Source: a virus
DNA length: 64,000 bases
Virus record (IMG/VR): IMGVR_UViG_3300032304_001168
Strand: one strand, 5' to 3'
In this document: positions 48,822-59,149 of the stretch, piece after piece
Position numbering within the stretch: the first letter of the stretch is position 1
Layout: every line of letters begins with the position of its first letter
Program-made: the position numbers and the translations under genes
Notes under the pieces: generated by a model
The model's input: the letters and a program-made list of their open reading frames with translations, nothing else
Database searches by the model: none
Told to the model about the DNA's origin: nothing

Positions 48822-51539
48822 ATGGAAAAGAAATTAGAACTATTAAAAGAAACTATATTATTAGGTGAGAGTTTAATAACTGAAGCTAAAAAAATTGGTA
48901 TTGATAAATTACCTTATGGTTATGACTCATTAACCAGATTCATTGATGTAAAAACAATGAATGTTCATTATAACAACCACTATAAAGGATATGTTAAGAA
49001 ACTTAACGATGCCTTATCAAAAAAGAATTATGGTAATGTTGAATTGGAAGATATTATCAAATCAATTACAAGATATCCAAAAGTAATTAGAAATAATGGT
49101 GGTGGTGCTTACAACCATTCATTATTTTGGAAAATGTTATCCCCTGAGAAACAAACAATCAAAGGAGAAATATTAACCAAAATTAATAAAGAATTTGGGT
49201 CTTACAAAGAATTTAAGAAGAAATTTGAAGAAGAATCTATTGGAAGATTTGGGTCAGGTTGGGCTTGGTTGGTATTAACCAAAAACAATAGATTAAAAAT
49301 TATGACAACACCAAATCAAGACAATCCCCAAATGAATGACATTGATGGTGGTTATCCTTTATTGGGTTTGGATTTGTGGGAACACGCATATTATTTGAAA
49401 TATCAAAGCAAGAGAGATGAATACATTAAAAGATTTTGGGATGTTGTGAATTGGGAATTCGTTAATGATGTTTATTTATCAAAACTAAAAACAAAATTAA
49501 AGGAATCTATAAAATCTAATAAAGTTATTACTGAAGAAGGTTCATACAAAAATTTCAAATACAACCCAGTAAAAGATTTTGGTAAGGTTACTGAATTTAT
49601 TAAGGAAAATGGTAGAATTAATCCAAAGGTATTTGATGTGATGTTACCTAAAGTATATCCAAAATGTTCACCTGAAATTATTAATGACTATAATAAAGAC
49701 ACACATATAACAGAACCTTGTTTTGGAAAAATTAAAACCAATGATTGTGAAACAAACTATGGTGTAATAGGCGGTAAATATGCTGTAAGTCAAAGAGGTG
49801 GAATTGGTGAATGGTCAGTTATAAATTGGTTTGATGCTAATACCAAAGTTAGTGATAAAATATTAGAATATTTTGAAAAATACAATAAGGAGGGATTAGA
49901 TTTTATTAGTTGGTTTTTTAAATTAAAAAAAACATTACTAAGTGATGATGGTAAATTTACTGGTGAATTAGCTGATTTTATAATGAATCCCCAAACTAAA
50001 AAGGGTACTTTAGATTATGGTTCATCTCGTGAAAGTTTGGCTATTGAAATCTTGAATAAAGAATATGGTAACTCAAATATTACTAGATTTTGTGATGGTG
50101 ATGTTAGAGACAAATATAAAGGTCAAGATATGAAATTAACAAGGGAGTATATCTCAGAATATATTCAAGTTAAACCAACAAGAGATTTATATGAAACTAA
50201 TATTGATGGTCAAGTAAAATATGTTTTCAAAAGTAAAAATAAATATACACCTAATAATATTAATATATTTGCATTTATTGATAATATTAAAAACTATGTA
50301 TTTTTTGATTTTAAAAATGTTGAGGTGAAAGATGATGGGGGACAATCCAAAGAAAGATATTCTTATATTTTCAAATCTGAAAATATTAAATTTAAATCGG
50401 ATAGACTATACCTGTCAAAAATTAATTTAACTGAATCTATAACAAAAAGGGAATTATTAAATGAAGCTAAATCTGATTTTCCAAATTTTAGAACTATGCG
50501 TAGTATAATTCAAAGTGTTTATGATAAATGTGATAGTAATAATCCAATTGATGGTTGGGTTAATGGTTGTAAAGGTGATTTAAATATACCAGAATGTGGT
50601 CCAACTAATATTGGTATTATTGGAGGTAAATATACTGAAGAAAAATATGGTGGAAAAGGTAATTGGTCATTAGTAAATAGATGGGATGCGAATGGTAATG
50701 TTCATAGCGAAATAGAAAAAATATATAAAGAAGAAGCTGAAAAATTTAAAACAGAAAAAAAAGTAAAATATCTCATATCATTGAGAGAATGGATTAATGA
50801 AAATAGAGTTGAATTATTTTCAAATGATGGAGAATGGATTGATAGATTGGCAAAAGTCTCTATTGAAAACTTTAAACAAGGTTTAAAAAATGAAGAATAT
50901 GGTAGAGATATGATTAATTTAGCCTTTGGTTTAGATAAATATAAACAAGATATTGAATATAAAATTAATTTTAATTGTGGGGGTTCAAAAGCGGATACCA
51001 TAAAAGGACAAGACATTGTTTTACAATTTGAAAATGAAGAACCAATACACTTCCAAATAAAATCTATGAAAGAAGGGTATGTTAAACTTTTTAATTCTGA
51101 TAGGGGTAAGTATTATAGGGTGGCATCTTGGCATGAACACACAAAATATAAAGAAGATAATGTTGATTTAATAGTTTATGTTAATCAAGAAAATAAAGAA
51201 TATATCATTTTTGATAATGATTTTTCAAAAATAATAACAACACCAAATTCTAATTATAAAAGAAATAATCTTGAAGGTGATATAAATATACCTAAATACA
51301 TTTATTATTATGAAGAACCTTTTAATACTAATATGACTAATATAGAGTTAATAGCTCCACAATTAAAAGCTAAGGTAAATCCAAGGTTAGAAAAAGATAA
51401 AGACCAATTAATTAAACAATACCAAGAAAGAATATCTTATTATAAAAACAAATTAAAAGAATTGGGAATAAATGATGAAAATATTTCTGAAGCTATTAGG
51501 TTTTATAAAAATAAAATAAATAAACTACTTTATAGTTAA
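48822..51539 (+). CDS. sodA: Mn/Fe superoxide dismutase fused to two tandem PD-(D/E)XK-like domains
   Basis: HYNNHYKGY, NNGGGAYNHSLFW, FGSGWAWL, NQD and DLWEHAYY in the N-terminal quarter (GGG plus NQD indicates Mn type); duplicated C-terminal domain. Confidence 0.85.
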   Translation: MEKKLELLKETILLGESLITEAKKIGIDKLPYGYDSLTRFIDVKTMNVHYNNHYKGYVKKLNDALSKKNYGNVELEDIIKSITRYPKVIRNNGGGAYNHSLFWKMLSPEKQTIKGEILTKINKEFGSYKEFKKKFEEESIGRFGSGWAWLVLTKNNRLKIMTTPNQDNPQMNDIDGGYPLLGLDLWEHAYYLKYQSKRDEYIKRFWDVVNWEFVNDVYLSKLKTKLKESIKSNKVITEEGSYKNFKYNPVKDFGKVTEFIKENGRINPKVFDVMLPKVYPKCSPEIINDYNKDTHITEPCFGKIKTNDCETNYGVIGGKYAVSQRGGIGEWSVINWFDANTKVSDKILEYFEKYNKEGLDFISWFFKLKKTLLSDDGKFTGELADFIMNPQTKKGTLDYGSSRESLAIEILNKEYGNSNITRFCDGDVRDKYKGQDMKLTREYISEYIQVKPTRDLYETNIDGQVKYVFKSKNKYTPNNINIFAFIDNIKNYVFFDFKNVEVKDDGGQSKERYSYIFKSENIKFKSDRLYLSKINLTESITKRELLNEAKSDFPNFRTMRSIIQSVYDKCDSNNPIDGWVNGCKGDLNIPECGPTNIGIIGGKYTEEKYGGKGNWSLVNRWDANGNVHSEIEKIYKEEAEKFKTEKKVKYLISLREWINENRVELFSNDGEWIDRLAKVSIENFKQGLKNEEYGRDMINLAFGLDKYKQDIEYKINFNCGGSKADTIKGQDIVLQFENEEPIHFQIKSMKEGYVKLFNSDRGKYYRVASWHEHTKYKEDNVDLIVYVNQENKEYIIFDNDFSKIITTPNSNYKRNNLEGDINIPKYIYYYEEPFNTNMTNIELIAPQLKAKVNPRLEKDKDQLIKQYQERISYYKNKLKELGINDENISEAIRFYKNKINKLLYS

Positions 51540-51566
51540 TTTGATATTTATAAATAAAAACTAACT

Positions 51567-52688
51567 ATGTCAATAATTGCTGAACCAGAAAGAACCCAAT
51601 TATACACAAGATTAAGACATCTACTAGGTGCTCCTCTTAGAAGTATTGAATTGGAAGACGAACAATTGGATTCGCTATTAGCTTTATCTATTGAAGATTA
51701 TTCTCAATATATTCAAGATTGGTTAATTGAATCTCAATGGTCATCACTATATGGATTAAATTTAGATACCGAATCATTAACCAAAGCATTCATTACCAAA
51801 AGTTTTGATTTTGAAGACCGTTATTCTTACGCATATTCAAAAATAGTTGGATTACAAGCTGGAGGCGACAATGTAATGAAAAAAGATTATATACAACTTG
51901 TACATAATCAACAAATATATGAAATACCTGCTGGTAGAGAAATAAATGAATTATTATGGTTTACACCTAGTACAATAAATAACATTTTTTTTGATGCCTT
52001 TTCATTTGGGGCTTTAGGTGGTACTGGTGTAGGTGGTCCTGGTGGATTCGCCCAAATAGGTAATACCGGTTCATATTTTATGGCTCCAGTCTTTGATATG
52101 TTATTAAGGATGCAAGAAGTCAACATCCAAAGAAGAATTATTGCTGGTGATTTGACTTATCGTATCACAGCCCTACCTGAAGGTAAAAAAGCCATTCATT
52201 TAATGCAAACACCTGGTGGTAAATTTGACTTTGGAAATAGGTCGTTAATGGGTGGTAGAGTTTGGTATTGGTATTATGAAGTTGATGGCCCAGATAGAGA
52301 TGATTGTTTGAAAAAAAATCCTGATATTATTAAATTACCCTCAGATGTTCCACTTAATAAAATTGGTTGGACTGATTTAAATAATCCTGCACAAATATGG
52401 GTACGTAGATGGTTCTTTGCCACAGCCAAAGAAACTTTATCAAAAGTAAGAGGTAAGTTCAGTGGTAATATCAAAACACCTGATAGTGAACTTACAATGG
52501 ATTATCAAACATTAGCAACTGAAGGTAAAGATGAAAAAATTAAATTACTTGAAGAATTAACTGGCACTGAAGGTAAATTAACAAGACTAAGACCAGAAAA
52601 GGTTATGGAAAGAGAAGCGTTAATTGCTGAAAACTTAAACAAGGTAAAGAAATTCCAAGCTATGCCTAGACAAATATATGTAATCTAA
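51567..52688 (+). CDS. Neck protein (T4 gp13-like)
   Basis: LRHLLGAPLRSIELEDEQLD; WVRRWFFATAKETLSKVRGKF. Confidence 0.8.
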   Translation: MSIIAEPERTQLYTRLRHLLGAPLRSIELEDEQLDSLLALSIEDYSQYIQDWLIESQWSSLYGLNLDTESLTKAFITKSFDFEDRYSYAYSKIVGLQAGGDNVMKKDYIQLVHNQQIYEIPAGREINELLWFTPSTINNIFFDAFSFGALGGTGVGGPGGFAQIGNTGSYFMAPVFDMLLRMQEVNIQRRIIAGDLTYRITALPEGKKAIHLMQTPGGKFDFGNRSLMGGRVWYWYYEVDGPDRDDCLKKNPDIIKLPSDVPLNKIGWTDLNNPAQIWVRRWFFATAKETLSKVRGKFSGNIKTPDSELTMDYQTLATEGKDEKIKLLEELTGTEGKLTRLRPEKVMEREALIAENLNKVKKFQAMPRQIYVI

Positions 52689-53227
52689 TGAGAGATATTA
52701 TTAGAAAAATATTAAAAGAAGAATTTGAATACACAGATGAAATATTAGATTTATTATTATCTCCTGATTCATCAAATAATGAACTAGGATTTACTTTTAT
52801 AAAGTACAATGATATTCCAATAGAACCTATTGTTGATAAAATTATTAATTCTTTTCGTATTAAAAATGAAGAAATTAATGATTTACAAAAAGAAATAGAT
52901 AAATTGATAGAGAATGAATCTGGTTATATTTTATTTGATTTCTCAAATAATTGGATATCAATTGAATATTCTGTTTATAAAGATTATGGTGATGAAGATT
53001 ATTATGATGATGATTACGATGATGAAGATTGGGAACTAGATGAAAATTTAGCTAATTATACATTATCATACGAAATAAGAATTGGTGACCAAGAAAAATT
53101 TAATGGATTTAGTGATTACGAAGTAGTAACCCAATCAATATTAGATATAATAACAATAATAAATTTTATTTTAGAAAAACAAATAAAACCTGGAATTTTA
53201 AAATATTTTAATAAAAAAATTAAATGA
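52688..53227 (+). CDS. Acidic hypothetical protein with MRDIIRKILKEE leader
   Basis: 179 aa with an Asp/Tyr tract; coupled to the neck gene by a TAATG overlap. Confidence 0.6.
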   Translation: MRDIIRKILKEEFEYTDEILDLLLSPDSSNNELGFTFIKYNDIPIEPIVDKIINSFRIKNEEINDLQKEIDKLIENESGYILFDFSNNWISIEYSVYKDYGDEDYYDDDYDDEDWELDENLANYTLSYEIRIGDQEKFNGFSDYEVVTQSILDIITIINFILEKQIKPGILKYFNKKIK

Positions 53228-53236
53228 AAAAAAATA

Positions 53237-53265
53237 TTGATTAAATTATAAATCATATCTATAAT
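53237..53265 (+). promoter_or_regulatory. sigma70-like promoter
   Basis: TTGATT-N17-TATAAT, about 20 nt before ATG 53285. Confidence 0.5.
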
Positions 53266-53284
53266 ATGGTAAAAACAAGATAAT

Positions 53285-53623
53285 ATGGAAAAGAAAAAAA
53301 TTGGAGAAGTTACCAAAACACTAAGATATGGTCAATCACCATCTACCAAAATTAAAAAGATTGTCAATACACCAATTTATGAAACAAATGGTGAATATCT
53401 TTTAATTGTTAAAGATGTTGATAAATGTACAATTACTTTGGATGGTTATACCACAGAATCTGTTAAAATTAAAGTCTTAACCAAAACAAGTATTATTCCA
53501 AAATATTCTTTGATTGATGAACAATATGATGAAATTGAAATTGACAATGGAGCTTGTGTTGAACTTGAATATGTTGAAGGTGGTTGGTATATAATCTCCT
53601 CAGATGGAATGAAATTAGAATAA
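53285..53623 (+). CDS. Hypothetical beta-rich protein
   Basis: 112-aa ORF followed by a terminator. Confidence 0.65.
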   Translation: MEKKKIGEVTKTLRYGQSPSTKIKKIVNTPIYETNGEYLLIVKDVDKCTITLDGYTTESVKIKVLTKTSIIPKYSLIDEQYDEIEIDNGACVELEYVEGGWYIISSDGMKLE

Positions 53624-53629
53624 AAATTT

Positions 53630-53656
53630 AACCCCACCTTTTGAGTGGGGTTTTTT
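53630..53656 (+). terminator. Intrinsic terminator between convergent genes
   Basis: AACCCCAC...GTGGGGTT followed by a T-run. Confidence 0.75.
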
Positions 53657-53659
53657 ATT

Positions 53660-53983
53660 TTAGTATTCACCTACATCAGCAAACGCATCACTTAATTGTT
53701 TACACGTAAAATCATCATAACCAATTTCAAGATTATTGTTTTCATATTTTATTTTAACAATTCCATTTTTTGTTAATAATTTAAAATTATTATCCACTTT
53801 TATTTTTTTTGTAGTGTTTAATTCTAAATTAATACCATTAATTTTTGCAGTACCTTTCTTTAAAGTGAATTCTGCATATTTACCTGAACAAAAATCTAAA
53901 CCAAAATTATCTGATTCTTCTTTAATTACTCTTTTCACCAATCTTATTAAATCCGATTCTGTTAATCTTACTATTCTTTTCAT
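53660..53983 (-). CDS. Hypothetical protein with MKRIVRLTESDLIRLVKRVIKEE leader
   Basis: 107 aa; TATTTATA upstream at 54013-54020. Confidence 0.7.
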   Translation of the reverse strand: MKRIVRLTESDLIRLVKRVIKEESDNFGLDFCSGKYAEFTLKKGTAKINGINLELNTTKKIKVDNNFKLLTKNGIVKIKYENNNLEIGYDDFTCKQLSDAFADVGEY

Positions 53984-54062
53984 TGTTTTTTTTATATTTG
54001 TTTTTATTTTAATATAAATATCACATCAAAAAAAAAAACCACTTTAAATGGTGTTTTTTTTA

Positions 54063-56861
54063 TTAGTCAATATATCTTTCCCATCCCTCTTCCGCCAAGT
54101 CATAGATATAGTTGGGGTCAATTCCTCTCTTTTCCCAATACTCCAATTCCTTTGGTTCTAAATCTAATAAGTCTTCTTGGATTCTATCTTGGTCTTTTTC
54201 TTCAAATGGAACACCATTAATTAATTCACATTGTTGACTTGTAAAGAAAGTTCTTTTCTCAGGATTATCAACAATTAAGTTATCTCTAATATCTTGTTTA
54301 AATACAATCAATAAAGGTTCAATACGATTATTGAATGTTGTTATTGCTCTTGGTACATTGTAATCCCCAGTCATATTAGGATTATTTTCAATGTCTTTTG
54401 AATTTAACATATAACAATTAAGTTGAATAACAGAATCAATTTGGTCTGGATTAATTTTAGTATTTTGAAAATAAGTTTTTAATTGTTCTTCACTCCATCC
54501 TTTTTTTGGTTTGTTTACTTTTTGTACATCTCCGTGACTTGCTTTAGTTCCATTATTAACATAATAAATTACTTCACCAAGATTAACTTTAAGATTGTGT
54601 TTAATTACCAATTCCATGTGGGCCATTCTAGACATAGCACCACCTGATTTAGTAGTTTGTTTTGATCTATCAATATAATCTTTAATACTCAATTTTACTT
54701 TTGCTCTTTGTGCAATTTTAAGGAGTGGAATTTCTTTATTATAAATCTTTGTAAGGTATTCATAGTACCACTCAACAAAGTCTTGTCCCTTTCCTTCTAA
54801 TAATTGTTTAATTCCTTTGTCCAAGAAATCCTCAATATACAATGGAAGTTTTTTGGATTTGATTGAATTACCTGTAAGTTTAACTTTACCATTATGTTCC
54901 ATTGTGGCATAATTCTTTCTTGCCAAGTTAATACAAGACTTCCAAGTACCATCGCAATCAAGTGCCATTGCTCCCCTCATAAATATATCATTAAACTCAG
55001 CTACATCAGCCTCGTAACCTTTATATTCTTTATCCTTTTTAACTTTCCAATTTAATCCTCTACCAATATAGACCCTATCATCCACACCACCTTCAGGTAA
55101 TGAGAAGTTCTGACCATCCGTATCACATACAAGTGGGGTATAACCCTTCTTAATAAAGAACTTTGACATCTGACGAAGATATTGTCTTCCAGTACAAGTA
55201 ATCTGTTCACCCATAAACATATCACCCCATGGGAATACTTGTGGAGCTGATAACGCACCAAAGAGTGAGTTTATAAAAATCTTTATAGGGAGTTGTTTTC
55301 TATCATAAGAGAGAGATTTTTTCTTATCTTTTTCATACCACTCTGCCGCCAAGTTCTTATAGTTAATACGGGCATTTCTAAAATAACCTAACTTACCTTT
55401 CATTGCCCCCATTATATCACAAGTTGGAAATACATCATGAACTAATTGTATTGATGGATATAGAGAAGAAAAGTCAAGCTTTAACACATTCTTTGAATAA
55501 CCAACTTTGAACAATCTTGATAAACCCCCAACAAAATCTTTCTTTTGTTCTTTTTGTGGAATTGCCAATTTGTATTTATAAGACCAAGCCAACATCAACA
55601 TTTTCCAAATCGTTGCCGTTCCCATAGTTGAAACCCTTTCATATGTTGTTGGAATCATTGAGGCCAACATAAATGTACCTTGATTGAATTCTTCATCCAC
55701 TTTAAGGGTTTCTTCCAAGTCATCATCCAAATATCTCTCAACAAGATTATCTCCAGTTGTTTTAATGTACACTTTATCGTGTTTCTCACAAATAGAATCA
55801 ATCTTGGGGTCAACACCCACTTTTCTATATTTACCATTCTCAATATTCAACCAATACTCTTCTTTTTTTGAATAGAATGGTGCAATGTCCAAGTGGTCAA
55901 TATAAACTCGGTCTTTGGCTTCAGCATTAATATATTGGATAATATATTTAAGACCAGCTGATTTGATACTTGAATTGATTGCTTGAGCTCTTCTAACTGA
56001 GTGTAGGACATCTATAATATTGTATCCCCACATACTAACTTGATTAAAGGATTCAACTTCATTGGCCAACTTTAACATCCCATTAGATTGTTTAAATTTA
56101 TATTCAGGATGTAGAGTCTTACAAATCTTTTTAATATCCAAATGTAGGGCTTTACATCTTTCCATAATCCAATACCAGTCGAAGTTGAATGAATTGTATC
56201 CTCCAATAATACTTGGTTTAATTTCATCAATTAGTCTAAAGAATTCTACTAAACCAGCTCTTTCTTGGTCTTCATTGGAACATTCGATTACTTTTTGTAA
56301 TCCTTTATTTGTTTTAATTCCAATCATAAAGATTCTACCATCTTTAGGTTCTAAAGAGGTAGTTTCTAAGTCGAATCCAAATCTTGTTACATCATTGTAT
56401 TCTTCATAACCTTTAAACAATCTTTTTTCTTTTTGAATTAGGTATTGTTCAACTGGGGGTAGAACTAACACTAAGTCCTTTGTTTTTTCACCCCAAGGAT
56501 TAACTCCACCTTCTTTAAAGAATTGGATTAGGTTTCGATAACCTTTAAGGGACTTAACCATAAATTTAAGTCCATTCTCCAATCTTTCATTGTCACCAGT
56601 TTGTAATTTTTCTATTAGGATTCCGTGTTTTGTCATCGCTTCTTTTTGGAGACCTTTGGATGACTTATAGAAATTAAGACCATGTAAATCACCAACCCAC
56701 GCAAAGGCTGTGAATGTGTCTTTTCTTATTTCTTTCCCTTTACCAGGAATTTCTTTGATTTTAAAAACGGAATCTGTTGCGTAATCGTATTCTACTGCTA
56801 CGATAAATTGTTCGGGGTCGTTCCCATTAAGGAACATTTCAATTTGTTCTTGTGATATCAT
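54063..56861 (-). CDS. polB: Family B DNA polymerase with 3'-5' exonuclease
   Basis: ExoI FDLETT, ExoII YNSFNFDW, ExoIII YLDDD; motif A DFSSLYPS, motif B KIFINSLFG, motif C DTDG. Confidence 0.95.
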   Translation of the reverse strand: MISQEQIEMFLNGNDPEQFIVAVEYDYATDSVFKIKEIPGKGKEIRKDTFTAFAWVGDLHGLNFYKSSKGLQKEAMTKHGILIEKLQTGDNERLENGLKFMVKSLKGYRNLIQFFKEGGVNPWGEKTKDLVLVLPPVEQYLIQKEKRLFKGYEEYNDVTRFGFDLETTSLEPKDGRIFMIGIKTNKGLQKVIECSNEDQERAGLVEFFRLIDEIKPSIIGGYNSFNFDWYWIMERCKALHLDIKKICKTLHPEYKFKQSNGMLKLANEVESFNQVSMWGYNIIDVLHSVRRAQAINSSIKSAGLKYIIQYINAEAKDRVYIDHLDIAPFYSKKEEYWLNIENGKYRKVGVDPKIDSICEKHDKVYIKTTGDNLVERYLDDDLEETLKVDEEFNQGTFMLASMIPTTYERVSTMGTATIWKMLMLAWSYKYKLAIPQKEQKKDFVGGLSRLFKVGYSKNVLKLDFSSLYPSIQLVHDVFPTCDIMGAMKGKLGYFRNARINYKNLAAEWYEKDKKKSLSYDRKQLPIKIFINSLFGALSAPQVFPWGDMFMGEQITCTGRQYLRQMSKFFIKKGYTPLVCDTDGQNFSLPEGGVDDRVYIGRGLNWKVKKDKEYKGYEADVAEFNDIFMRGAMALDCDGTWKSCINLARKNYATMEHNGKVKLTGNSIKSKKLPLYIEDFLDKGIKQLLEGKGQDFVEWYYEYLTKIYNKEIPLLKIAQRAKVKLSIKDYIDRSKQTTKSGGAMSRMAHMELVIKHNLKVNLGEVIYYVNNGTKASHGDVQKVNKPKKGWSEEQLKTYFQNTKINPDQIDSVIQLNCYMLNSKDIENNPNMTGDYNVPRAITTFNNRIEPLLIVFKQDIRDNLIVDNPEKRTFFTSQQCELINGVPFEEKDQDRIQEDLLDLEPKELEYWEKRGIDPNYIYDLAEEGWERYID

Positions 56862-56927
56862 TATACTTAATTTTAGGTGGTGTATTAGCTGTCATACTAA
56901 AGTGATGACATTTACCTTGTCCTTATA

Positions 56928-56956
56928 AGTATAATGATATCGTTAGAACTTGTCAA
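56928..56956 (-). promoter_or_regulatory. Consensus-like promoter of the DNA polymerase gene
   Basis: TTGACA-N17-TATACT. Confidence 0.75.
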
Positions 56957-56960
56957 TTTT
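56946..56960. repeat. 15-bp direct repeat, copy 1 (copy 2 at 59802-59816)
   Basis: gaacttgtcaatttt is identical at both sites. Confidence 0.9.
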
Positions 56961-56980
56961 TCATTATTAGTGTTTCGTTT

Positions 56981-57226
56981 TTAACGAATGTACTTTAAAT
57001 TATTTCTTTCAAGAAAGTCTTTTGGTTCTGCAATTTCCATTATGGTGAACTCTTTTTTAGCCATAAGTTTATCAGCTTTCTTTTGATCTACAACCATTGT
57101 ACAGAAGTAATGTGTTGCGGGTTTTTCACCCGTTGGTGACAATTCAATTGTTAATATTTTATCGTTACCTTCTTTTTGTCTTGCTTCTTCAATACGAGAA
57201 GCTTCACATAAAATACATATTCTCAT
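56981..57226 (-). CDS. Small hypothetical protein (possible fibre chaperone)
   Basis: 81 aa directly downstream of the beta-helix fibre-like gene. Confidence 0.55.
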   Translation of the reverse strand: MRICILCEASRIEEARQKEGNDKILTIELSPTGEKPATHYFCTMVVDQKKADKLMAKKEFTIMEIAEPKDFLERNNLKYIR

Positions 57227-57257
57227 AATTATATTTTTTTTAGTTTTATTTATTTGG

Positions 57258-59132
57258 TTAATCTGTAATTAAAGCATATGTAGGCGTTCCACCACTAACA
57301 AATTCAACTTGTGTAAGACCATCTGCAGTTTTTAATATTGTAGTATTATAATCACCATAGACATAAGTTGCACTAGAAAAGTTTATTCCGTTTATTGGAT
57401 ATCCAACTTGATTAAATTGGAAGGTGTCTAATATTGCATTATTTTGGAAATTGTCGCATATAACATTATCATAGAAATCTACTCCGATTGTATTATTGTA
57501 GAATTCATTTCCAATAACATTTCCTCTTGGGATAGAACCCCCAAATCCAAAGTCACTACCAATAGTATTATCTTCAAATGAATTAGCAATTTTATTATAT
57601 CCAAAATTACTATCTATAGTATTTAAAAAAGCATTATTTCCAATAATATTATTAGTAAAATTATCTTCAGTTGTATTTGAAACAAAGTCAGTACCTATTT
57701 GATTATTTATAAATGTACCTTTTGTTGCATTACCTTTAAAATTATTTCCAATTACGTTATCTTCAAAATTTCCTACCCCAATATCTTCAATATCACCAAT
57801 AGTGTTATTATTAAAATCATTGGAAATGTTATTGTCATAAAAATCTTGATAAATTTCATTATCGTCAAATCCATTACCAATAGTATTATCATCAAAATCT
57901 CTAAAGATAGTATTACCATTAAAGCCTTCACCGATTTGATTATGATCAAAATAAAGTCCCGAATTTCTATCTATCCAATTGTTGGTAAAATTGTTACCAA
58001 TTCGGTTATTTTCAAAACTAGTATCCGAGTCAATAATAACATTATTCTCAAAGAATTCTCCTATTTGGTTATATCGGAAGTCTGCAGTAATTAGATTATT
58101 ACCAAAGAAGTTGCCGATAACATTTTCATCAAAATCATTATTTGTAATATTGTTATAACAATAATTTCCTATTGTATTATTGTTACAATCGTCATTTAAA
58201 GTATTGTTATAAGAACCATTACCAATTTTATTGTTGTGGTATTCCCCATCTTTGAAAACATTATTTGCAAGAAGAAAATCACCTTCACCATCTTCAAGGT
58301 GTAAATTACTGTAATCCCCAATATAATTATTTATTACGCCATCACCAATTGCATCACCGAATGTGGTATACAAATTGAAATCAGTTACATCATCAACATT
58401 ATTTCTATAGTAACTGTCATAACCTCCGGAATCTGCTAAATAAAATTCGAAGCTTCCACCAAAAGAATTAATAGATAATCCGCTTACAGTCATACCAGTG
58501 TTAGATGAAATGGTATCTATTCTAAAAAATACTTCACTTGAATTAGGATATGCGATGACTTGTCCAGGAGAGTAATTTGTGAATGTTGTACCTAAACCAG
58601 TAACAGTACCAGTTTTTAATAATTCCATTGTACCTGTTTCAGGAGTTTCTTTACTAAAGTAATAAAATACATATCTTTTGAATTCAATAGTTCTATGGTC
58701 GTAATCTGTTCTGTTGTTATAGTTATCAACTCTTTCAGTAATTCTACCAAATGCTGCACCTCCAGATTCTGTTGTACTATAAGTAACATCATATTTAATT
58801 TTGTCGTTTGGATATGTTGATTGGTAACCATCAATCGCTAAAGTATTATTTGATGTTGCAAAAACAATAATTGGTTCAATAGGTCCTTCAAAATATGAAG
58901 ATGATGAAACCGAAATAGGATTTTTGTTTTCATCATAATCTGGTCTATCATAACAAGTTCTAAAATCTGTAATTAGATAGTTACCTCCAAGTTCTAATCC
59001 ACTTGTAGAGATTAAGTTAGTTAACTCGGAATAAGTTATTGGAGTAAAACCACCACCAAGCGGAATATTATTTCTAAGATACGTTTCAGCGTTTATACTC
59101 CCAGTGTTAATTGTGTCTATTACGTAAGGCAT
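57258..59132 (-). CDS. Beta-helix/solenoid tail fibre or adhesin-like protein
   Basis: Many (F)xxNxIGNxF repeats in the C-terminal half; ITYSELTNLISTSGL...YLITDF module near the N-terminus. Confidence 0.65.
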   Translation of the reverse strand: MPYVIDTINTGSINAETYLRNNIPLGGGFTPITYSELTNLISTSGLELGGNYLITDFRTCYDRPDYDENKNPISVSSSSYFEGPIEPIIVFATSNNTLAIDGYQSTYPNDKIKYDVTYSTTESGGAAFGRITERVDNYNNRTDYDHRTIEFKRYVFYYFSKETPETGTMELLKTGTVTGLGTTFTNYSPGQVIAYPNSSEVFFRIDTISSNTGMTVSGLSINSFGGSFEFYLADSGGYDSYYRNNVDDVTDFNLYTTFGDAIGDGVINNYIGDYSNLHLEDGEGDFLLANNVFKDGEYHNNKIGNGSYNNTLNDDCNNNTIGNYCYNNITNNDFDENVIGNFFGNNLITADFRYNQIGEFFENNVIIDSDTSFENNRIGNNFTNNWIDRNSGLYFDHNQIGEGFNGNTIFRDFDDNTIGNGFDDNEIYQDFYDNNISNDFNNNTIGDIEDIGVGNFEDNVIGNNFKGNATKGTFINNQIGTDFVSNTTEDNFTNNIIGNNAFLNTIDSNFGYNKIANSFEDNTIGSDFGFGGSIPRGNVIGNEFYNNTIGVDFYDNVICDNFQNNAILDTFQFNQVGYPINGINFSSATYVYGDYNTTILKTADGLTQVEFVSGGTPTYALITD

Positions 59133-59149
59133 AATTTTTTTTGTTTTTT

